From Nitrososphaerota archaeon (GTDB taxonomy: Archaea; Thermoproteota; EX4484-205; JAAOZP01): a DNA stretch of 33,555 bases. The DNA lies in contig JAAOZP010000018.1 of NCBI GenBank assembly GCA_011605725.1, positions 1-33,555 on the forward strand. Reading direction: 5' to 3'. The translations under genes were made by a program, and so were the position numbers. Below are positions 26,330-33,555 of the stretch, in pieces. The stretch's first letter is position 1; every line of letters begins with the position of its first letter. Under the pieces are notes generated by a model. That model was not told where the DNA came from. It saw only the letters and a program-made list of their open reading frames with translations, and searched no databases.

Positions 26330-28288
26330 ATGGGAAAGCTAATACTGTGCTGTTCGCCTGAAAACGATCTTTACATTGTGCTTGGAGAAAACGGGAGAAC
26401 TCCGGTACGTTATGACTGCTTAAACGAGGCGGTTAACAATGCTTCTCCTGGCGACGGGATACTCGTCTTATCTGACTCGTATCCTGTTCCAAGCCTGGTA
26501 GTGGAACCCACCCTGCTGGAGAAGATTGAAGAAAAAGATTTGAAGTTCTACATAGAGTATCCGTCAGTTCTTCCAGATATTGTGCTGGGTGAACCGCGGA
26601 CTGTGGAGTGGGAAAGACTGGTTGTCACTTCAAGGTTTTTCGAGCCGGAGCTTCCTCGAATGAGCATATTGAATATGCATGACTGCTGGTTTCTGCCTGT
26701 TGAAAAAAGAGGTTCCCACTTAATGTTAGCCAAGGTTGCGGGTTATGATAAAGCGGTTTTCGGCCTTCCTGAGGACCCGTATCCTGTTCTATTCGAGTAC
26801 TCCAGTAACATAATGATCTCAACAAGTAAACTGAGCCAGTTTAAAACAGGAAGGTACGCGCCTAGTGAAGCTTGGAAGCAGTTATGGATTAAGCTGTTGA
26901 AATGGCTGACTGGAGAAAAGTATGATTTATCCTGGATCCCGACTGTTAGAACAGCATTCGGAAGAAACGAACCGTTGCCTGAGTACATTGAGAAAGAGGC
27001 TTACAGGAGGTCTGTAGAGTGGTTCCGTAAACATGTTCTTTTCGGTGTTGAGAGAAGCAGGGGGGTGATTGAGGGGTATCAGTCTAATATAGATTACGAG
27101 GGACATCAGCTTAAGAGAGTGCTGGTGCGTCCAGACTGCTTGGCTGAAGCAGCTATGGTGTTCGCCTACGACTGGAGGCTAACAGGAAACCCTAGGAGCA
27201 GGCTGATTGCTACTAAAATCCTCGACTACGTATGGTCTTTTCAACAGTCTGAGGAAAACAGCCCAGCATACGGATTGGTTAACTGGATGGAAGGGCTCCC
27301 TGTCTTCTATGGGGATGATAATGCGAGAGTCATTCTTTCAACACTCTCGGCCAGCAGCAGCTTGGAGGAGGACCGTTGGGACAGTTCTCTGGCTCTCTGT
27401 CTTCTCGCAAACTTCAGAACCACTGGTCCACTGGGATTCAGGAAAAACAGGATCGACCTTCCGGAGTTGATTAGAAACGGATGGGAATACTATTGGAAAA
27501 ACCCTGTCACCTCGTACTCGCCACATTACCAGGCCTACCTCTGGGCGTGTTTCCTATGGGGGTTTCTATTAACCGGGTACCGGGGCTTCTTCGAGAAAAC
27601 CGTTAAAGCAATCCGGATGACTGTTGAAAAATACCCGGATTGGCGATGGACTAATGGACTTACTCAAGAGCTAGCTAGAATGACTCTGCCTTTAGCATTC
27701 CTAATTCGAGTTGAAGACAAGCCTGAATACAGGACGTGGATTAATAAAATAGGTGGAGACCTTCTTTCCCAACAGCAGCCATGCGGTGCTATTAGAGAAC
27801 TGTTGGGTCCTGATGGTAATGGAGAATACCCGCCGCCTGCTTCAAACGAGCAGTATGGAACGACAGAAGCCCCAGTAATCCAGCATAATGGTGATCCTGC
27901 ATGCGACCTGCTTTACACCTCAAACTTTGCTTTTCTCGGCCTGCATGAGTTAGCTTCCGCATGCGGAATCATAAGGTTTAAACATGCTGAGGACCAGTTG
28001 GCGGAATTCCTGTGCAGAATACAGGTTCGTTCAAACAACCATCCCTATTTAGACGGTTGCTGGATGCGAAGCTTCGACTATGAGAAATGGGAGTACTGGG
28101 GAAGTTCTTCAGACACGGGATGGGGAGCTTGGAGCGTGGAGTCAGGCTGGACGAACAGCTGGATCGCCTCCGTCTTCGCAATGCGTCTGCTTAAAGAGAC
28201 TCTTTTCAGTTTAAAAAGGTCTAGCGAAATCAGGAAAAGCCTGCACGAGGCCGTGGACGAATTGCTTCCGCAAGAAGCTTCTGTGTGA
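26330..28288 (+). CDS. Hypothetical protein, 652 aa; C-terminal part probably a helical (alpha/alpha)-barrel
   Basis: Long intact ORF with TTAAATA ~28 nt upstream; repeated Trp/Tyr-rich amphipathic helices; motifs YGDDNAR, DLLYTSNF, WSVESGW. Confidence 0.7.
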   Translation: MGKLILCCSPENDLYIVLGENGRTPVRYDCLNEAVNNASPGDGILVLSDSYPVPSLVVEPTLLEKIEEKDLKFYIEYPSVLPDIVLGEPRTVEWERLVVTSRFFEPELPRMSILNMHDCWFLPVEKRGSHLMLAKVAGYDKAVFGLPEDPYPVLFEYSSNIMISTSKLSQFKTGRYAPSEAWKQLWIKLLKWLTGEKYDLSWIPTVRTAFGRNEPLPEYIEKEAYRRSVEWFRKHVLFGVERSRGVIEGYQSNIDYEGHQLKRVLVRPDCLAEAAMVFAYDWRLTGNPRSRLIATKILDYVWSFQQSEENSPAYGLVNWMEGLPVFYGDDNARVILSTLSASSSLEEDRWDSSLALCLLANFRTTGPLGFRKNRIDLPELIRNGWEYYWKNPVTSYSPHYQAYLWACFLWGFLLTGYRGFFEKTVKAIRMTVEKYPDWRWTNGLTQELARMTLPLAFLIRVEDKPEYRTWINKIGGDLLSQQQPCGAIRELLGPDGNGEYPPPASNEQYGTTEAPVIQHNGDPACDLLYTSNFAFLGLHELASACGIIRFKHAEDQLAEFLCRIQVRSNNHPYLDGCWMRSFDYEKWEYWGSSSDTGWGAWSVESGWTNSWIASVFAMRLLKETLFSLKRSSEIRKSLHEAVDELLPQEASV

Positions 28289-28293
28289 AACCG

Positions 28294-29637
28294 TCACTGT
28301 CTTAAGGCTACTCTCGCAGCAGTTATCAACGGATCCCAAACGGGGCTGAACGGGGGAGCATAAGGAATGTCTGAAAACACGATTTGCTTTACAGTAAGCC
28401 TGTTCATAATCGCTAATGATAATGCTACAATCCGGCTCCAAACCCCTTCGTAACCAACCATTTGTCCACCGATAACTCTCCCACTGGATTTCTCTACGAT
28501 GAGTTTAACCCATATGTCTCCACCCCCTGGAAAATAGCCTGCTCTCGACCTAGCCTTGATAAAAACACTCTTAGTTTCAAAACCGTGTTTCTCAGCCTCC
28601 TCCTCACCAAGCCCTGTCCTACCTACTTCAAGGTTGAAGACTCTAGTTATAGCGCTTCCAACAACTCCGGGAAACTCTTCGTTTCCTCCGGCAGCGTTTG
28701 CACCGGCAACGTAACCCATCTTGTTGGCTGTTTGAGCAAGAGGAATATAGACGGGCTTGTTCAACACAGCGTGTTGCGCTTCACAGTTATCTCCTGCGGC
28801 AAATATTCCTTTAACACTCGTTTCCATCCTGCTGTTAGTCTTTATCGCGCCGCTTTCACCCAGTTCAACACCTGCCTGCCTCGCTAAGCTGACATTCGGC
28901 CTCACGCCGACAGCTATAACCACAAGGTCAGTCTCATATTCAGCATCTTCAGTAACCACTTTCTCAACTCTTTCACTGCCCTTAAAACCGATAACCCTTT
29001 TATTAAGCTCGAGTTTCACACCGTTTATAGTAAGCTCCCTGCTTATTACTGCAGACAACTCCGGGTCGACATTAGGCATTGGACGTGGCAGTAGCTCGAG
29101 AATCGTAACCTCTTTACCGATCCTCCTAAGGTTCTCAGCTAACTCTAAACCTATATAGCCAGCACCTATTATTGTAACTCTCTTTGAATGGGTCAGGTCG
29201 TCTTTCAGCCTAACGGCACCCTCGAGAAAACGAACAGTATGGATACCTTTGAGACCAAGGCCCTCCATTTTTGGAACGAGTGGTTTAGCACCTGTTGCAA
29301 GAATAAGAACGTCGAAACCCATTTCCTTCTCTTCTCCTTTTCCAGAAACGTACACGAGGGTTTTCGACTTAGCGTTGACACTCTTTACATACGAGTTTAT
29401 CTGGACTTCGACTCTTCTGCTTCTTTTGAATTCTTCAGGAGTATAGGTCACGAGTCTTGAAACGTCTTCCACAAGGCCTCCTAGGTAATACGGGATACCG
29501 CATGATCCGTAGGAAACATGTCTGGAAGCCTCCAGCACGATTATTTCTGCACTTGGGTTAACTCTTCTGGCGCTGGCGGCGGCAGCCATGCCTGCAGCAC
29601 CACCGCCCACCACTACTATTTTCAGAGAATTACTCAT
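28294..29637 (-). CDS. CoA-disulfide reductase/NADH oxidase-family flavoprotein
   Basis: GGGAAG FAD motif, SYGSCG redox Cys, GAGYIG, AAGD, YAPPFSPVWDP; likely start ATG 29637. Confidence 0.92.
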   Translation of the reverse strand: MSNSLKIVVVGGGAAGMAAAASARRVNPSAEIIVLEASRHVSYGSCGIPYYLGGLVEDVSRLVTYTPEEFKRSRRVEVQINSYVKSVNAKSKTLVYVSGKGEEKEMGFDVLILATGAKPLVPKMEGLGLKGIHTVRFLEGAVRLKDDLTHSKRVTIIGAGYIGLELAENLRRIGKEVTILELLPRPMPNVDPELSAVISRELTINGVKLELNKRVIGFKGSERVEKVVTEDAEYETDLVVIAVGVRPNVSLARQAGVELGESGAIKTNSRMETSVKGIFAAGDNCEAQHAVLNKPVYIPLAQTANKMGYVAGANAAGGNEEFPGVVGSAITRVFNLEVGRTGLGEEEAEKHGFETKSVFIKARSRAGYFPGGGDIWVKLIVEKSSGRVIGGQMVGYEGVWSRIVALSLAIMNRLTVKQIVFSDIPYAPPFSPVWDPLITAARVALRQ

Positions 29638-29856
29638 AAACAAACATTTTGCCAATCATTATTAAGCTTTATTCGAATCCAGATCTTCAAAGCGCGCGCT
29701 ATCAGTAGCAAGAGTCTTGCATAATTCGGGTTAACACTTGTGTTAAATCGTATTTCTATTGTTCAATTTAAAATAGTCTTCTTGAGTTCATTAAAACCCG
29801 GAATAAGCCAAATCCTTGATTAAAATTAATAAATAAGAATTACTAAAATATCTGAA

Positions 29857-30975
29857 ATGACTCCTGCTATAAGAAGCTTAAAACCGGAGGAGTGGGATGA
29901 TTTCATGCGATTTCTTGAAAGAAGCTACGGGCATTCTAGAAACTATTTTCCCCGTTACTATCCACAGCTCTACAGGCAAGAGAAAGAGGCTCTTTCATCA
30001 TTCATAGTTCTGGAGGAAAACGGGAGAATAGTTTCACACGTGGGGCTGTTCCCCCTCGAGCTATTTAGCTTAGGGACCCGCATAAAGATTGGCGGAATAG
30101 GCGGCGTCGCAACCCTGCCGGAAGAAAGGAAGAAAGGCTACATGTCGATGCTTCTGAAGCATGTGGGCAATCTGATGAAGCAGAAGGGCTTACCGCTGTC
30201 AGTCCTCTGGGGGGACAGGCAAAGATACTATCCTTTTGGATGGGATATTGCTGGCTTAAAATACTCGTTAACAATAACGGCCCGTTCTCTTGAAAGAGCG
30301 CATGTGAAGCCTGTTAAAGTAGAGGAGGTTTCCCCTGAAGATGCCGTTCTCAACGTGGAGAAACTTCACGGTTTCCTCAGGATGAGGGTTGAACGTAAGA
30401 ATCATGCGTTCATTTTAAAGAAGGAAGGTATAAGAATATGGATTGGAAAAGAAGGATACGCTATTTCTTCCGGCGAAATCGGCTCGCCAAGGATACTTGA
30501 AGCTGCATCGCCAGAGGGAAAAGAGGCGGAATTAGTTGGAGGCGTTATGGAACGCTGCTTCGGAGACTCCGCCTCCATAGAGGTTAACGCGTTTGACACT
30601 GAAAGGCTTGAACGCCTGCTTAAAGCAGCCTCGTACTGGGAAATAGTTCCTGAAGGACTGTTTAGAATAATCGACATAACCGGCCTGCTTGAAGCCTTTA
30701 AAGAGTTTATGTCCAGCAGAGCAGAAATGGTGAGAGACTTCGAACTCTCCATTGGATTAAGGCTCGGCGATGATGTCGACACAGCCACAATTTATGTAAA
30801 CAACGGCAAGGTTGACATTGAAAAAGGCGTTTTTTCAAGAAACTACGTAGAGCTTGACGAGCGTGAAGCCGTACGCATCTTCCTCGGCGGTGCTGCAGTA
30901 AACATCGGGGATCTAAGGGAACTTGGCATGCTGCTCCCTTTACCGGTACACATACCTTCTTTAGACCATGTATGA
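29857..30975 (+). CDS. Eis-like GNAT acetyltransferase
   Basis: GIGGVATLPEERKKGYM, YYPFGW; 372 aa with an SCP2-like C-terminal region. Confidence 0.85.
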   Translation: MTPAIRSLKPEEWDDFMRFLERSYGHSRNYFPRYYPQLYRQEKEALSSFIVLEENGRIVSHVGLFPLELFSLGTRIKIGGIGGVATLPEERKKGYMSMLLKHVGNLMKQKGLPLSVLWGDRQRYYPFGWDIAGLKYSLTITARSLERAHVKPVKVEEVSPEDAVLNVEKLHGFLRMRVERKNHAFILKKEGIRIWIGKEGYAISSGEIGSPRILEAASPEGKEAELVGGVMERCFGDSASIEVNAFDTERLERLLKAASYWEIVPEGLFRIIDITGLLEAFKEFMSSRAEMVRDFELSIGLRLGDDVDTATIYVNNGKVDIEKGVFSRNYVELDEREAVRIFLGGAAVNIGDLRELGMLLPLPVHIPSLDHV

Positions 30976-31176
30976 AACAGCCCTAAAGCTTTTCTGAAAG
31001 ACGAAACATAATGCGCCTTAGAAACTAGCTGGTGCCCGTAGCGCGCCTGAAAGTTCCTCTATTCTTATCTTTAAACCCGGTTTTTTCAGATTTTTCTCGG
31101 GGTTCTTTCTGAAACGCGCGCTATGGCTCTAAAAGATTAATAGGCTTGATGTAATCGGGGGTAAAGTTGCTGGCAG

Positions 31177-32238
31177 GTGATGTCTTTGGATAAGGTTGAA
31201 AGAGTCTACCGGGCTTTAAACATTGAGGAGGCGGATAAGGTGCCTAAAGGAGAGCTAGGAATACATGATGAGCTTGTCTCCGCGCTTCTTGACGAGCCAG
31301 TTGGAAGCTCGTTCGAAGCCCAAGTAAAGGTCCGGAGACTGCTCAATATGGACCTGGTGAACCTAGGGTTGGAAGGCGGACCCAAGGTGGAGCTCGTAGG
31401 AGTCACGAAGGAGGGGTATCCAATATACAGGAACTGGCTTGGAGTAGAATGGGTTGAAAGCGGTAAAACTCGCCGCTACTTAAAACACGCTCTTTCCAGT
31501 GTGGAGGACATGGAGAACTTCTGCATGCCCAGCATAAACCTGTTCAATACTTCAAGCATAAGAAGATGGGTTGGGCAGACCGATTTCTGCGTGTTCGCTC
31601 AAGTAGGTGGAGTGTTCGACTCAATCTATCCCTATATGGGTTTAACAAATTATGTTAAAGCACTCTACTTATGTCCTAATGCTCTTAAGCATGTTATCGA
31701 AGAGGTCTACAGGTTCAACCTAGAAGTCATAAAAATGTTTGCTGAAGCAGGGGCGCACGTGATACTTGTTGGTGATGACCTAGCATATGACAACGGGCCA
31801 TTCGTTCCTCCGAGTCTTCTCAGAAAATACGTGTTCCCATATTTGACTGGAGAGGCTGAGGCTGCGCATCGGTTTAATCTTCCCGTAATACTGCATTCAG
31901 ACGGAAATATCACGCTACTAATGGAGGATATTGTTAAGGCTGGGTTCGACGGCCTACACAGTCTTCAACCGAGCGCTGGCGTAAATATAGTTGAGATTAA
32001 GAAGCATTGGGGAAGCCGGCTGTGTTTAATGGGGAACGTTGATTTAGACACTCTCCTACCATTCGGTAAACCGGAGGATATTGAGGCAGAGGTTAAGAGG
32101 CTTATGCGTGAAGTAGCTCCTGGTGGAGGCTATATTTTAAGCACGACTAATGTGTTAACGAGATATGTGCCGCCTGAAAACGCTTTAGCAATGTATAGGG
32201 CTGCTGAGAAGTACGGCAGGTATCCGATTAATATTTAA
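31177..32238 (+). CDS. Uroporphyrinogen decarboxylase/MtaA-like superfamily protein
   Basis: ERVYRALNIEEADKVP, GDDLA, ILHSDGN, GFDGLHSLQP, LMGNVD, GGGYILS, PPENALAM. Confidence 0.85.
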   Translation: MMSLDKVERVYRALNIEEADKVPKGELGIHDELVSALLDEPVGSSFEAQVKVRRLLNMDLVNLGLEGGPKVELVGVTKEGYPIYRNWLGVEWVESGKTRRYLKHALSSVEDMENFCMPSINLFNTSSIRRWVGQTDFCVFAQVGGVFDSIYPYMGLTNYVKALYLCPNALKHVIEEVYRFNLEVIKMFAEAGAHVILVGDDLAYDNGPFVPPSLLRKYVFPYLTGEAEAAHRFNLPVILHSDGNITLLMEDIVKAGFDGLHSLQPSAGVNIVEIKKHWGSRLCLMGNVDLDTLLPFGKPEDIEAEVKRLMREVAPGGGYILSTTNVLTRYVPPENALAMYRAAEKYGRYPINI

Positions 32239-32304
32239 CGCGAAAATTTCAGGTTAAACGAATCTGACTCAAACTTTATATATTAAGCTTATTATTGCGA
32301 GCTG

Positions 32305-33536
32305 ATGGCCGGGCAAAGTGAGGCTGAAAAGCTGAAGTTAAAGCTGGAGGAAACGTATCGAAGGCTTACCGACTACCGTTCTAAACTATCCTGGATATTC
32401 TATCAGGGAAACATAAGAGAGGCTCACAGGATGGATTTTGACGATTCCTCGTGGGAGGCTGTTTCACTGCCTTTTCAATGGGATCCTTTGAAAGGCGACG
32501 TATGGCTGAGATGTAAAATCAGGATTCCTGACGAGGTTGAGGGGATTAAGGTCTCAGGCTCGAAGGTTGAAATGTATTCCTCAGCAATGATAACCGGCGG
32601 CGAGGTCTATGTTGATTCCAGACTCGTCTTGAAGGAGGATTATTGGACTGATTTCCGGGGACCGAGAATAACTATTGCGGAGAAAGCGAGACCCGGAGAT
32701 ATTCATGTAGTGGCTATACACGCCTATGAAAAAAGACCATTTTCAAGGGGGGAGAAAAAAGGAATACCCTTGTTTCAACTAGGATATGATGTTGTCGACA
32801 ACATCGCGTTTGAAATAGAGTCTTTCATTCAAGAGTTGAGTTTTGCTCAAATCCTACCCGGTGGGCCTGAAACATTGAACAGGGTTGTTAAAGAATTCGA
32901 CTTCAATGTTTTTTCACGTGATGCCGAAAGCATCCTGATGGAAATAGAGAGGGCGAGGCAGAAGCTAAAGGCTCTCTCTAAGTATGCTAAAGAGTTTAAA
33001 GTTCACCTCGTAGCGCATGCCCACATAGATATGAATTGGCTCTGGCCTTGGGAAGACACGGTTAAAGTCATAGAAAGAGACTTTTCAACAATGGTGGATC
33101 TAATGGATCGCTATCCGGATTTCCACTTCTCTCAAAGCCAGGCAGTAACATACAAAGTGGTGGAGGAGAAGAACCCTGTTCTTTTCGAGAAAATAAGGGA
33201 GAAAATTCGTTCTGGAAACTGGGATGTTACGGCTTCGATGTGGGTTGAGGCGGATCTCAACATGATAGGGGAAGAGACACTGGTTAGACAAATAATGTAT
33301 TCAAAAAGATACGTGAAGGAGAAATTTGGCTTCGAAATAAAAGTAGGATGGGAGCCGGATACTTTCGGCCACATCTGGACGCTACCGCAGGTTTTAAAGA
33401 AAGCCGGAGTCGACTACTATTATTTCACGAGGTGTGGAAAAGGATATCCAATATTCTATTGGGAGGGGCCAGACGGCTCAAGACTGCTTGCCTTCAACAG
33501 TGTTTACAACAACACGATCACTCCTAGAAACATAGT
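32305..33536 (+). CDS. Second GH38 alpha-mannosidase, 3'-truncated (absent from the ORF track)
   Basis: Manually translated open frame from ATG 32305 (TTTATATA ~30 nt upstream). Contains DFDDSSWE, HAHIDMNWLWPW at ~33016 and GWEPDTFGH at ~33346. Confidence 0.92.
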
Positions 33537-33555
33537 CTGTCTCTTATACACATCT
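33537..33555 (+). other. Nextera/Tn5 mosaic-end adapter (sequencing artefact)
   Basis: Exact 19-mer CTGTCTCTTATACACATCT at the contig end. Confidence 0.98.

Noticed and set aside
4348-32238. Calling the URO-D-like genes hemE, or taking them as evidence of methanogenesis
   Set aside because: No RQAGR motif, and no tetrapyrrole, mcr or corrinoid-protein genes in the window.
1796-33374. Numerous short antisense or overlapping ORFs in the track (e.g. 2589..3110, 5931..6392, 25311..25850, 33132..33374)
   Set aside because: Shadows of well-supported genes, with no recognisable motifs.
33537-33555. Tn5/IS50 transposon end
   Set aside because: It is the synthetic mosaic-end adapter at a contig terminus; no transposase is present.

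Overview
A 33.6-kb contig from a probably anaerobic, thermophilic archaeon of the TACK/Thermoproteota type. Brockarchaeota- or Bathyarchaeia-like is my inference from gene content, AGA/AGG-rich codons and TATA boxes ~25-30 nt upstream of starts. Both ends are assembly ends: a coiled-coil repeat on the left and an untrimmed Nextera/Tn5 adapter on the right. The left third holds two W/Mo-pterin aldehyde:ferredoxin oxidoreductases (AOR) and MoaD. It also holds a tightly coupled operon: an MTH1675-like protein, a DhnA-type aldolase paralog that has lost the Schiff-base Lys, an intact DhnA-type aldolase fused to a 4x[4Fe-4S] ferredoxin, and AOR. This operon is the best candidate for an undescribed system. 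The rest is a carbohydrate/methyl-compound catabolic region: four URO-D/MtaA-superfamily proteins, two TIM-barrel epimerases, Gfo/Idh/MocA, creatininase-like, GH2, two GHL10-like, two GH38, PIG-L deacetylase, CoA-disulfide reductase-like and Eis-like GNAT. A recurrent A(GC)nT palindrome marks a frameshift, a gene-fragment junction and intergenic gaps. No rRNA, tRNA, CRISPR array or IS element was recognised.
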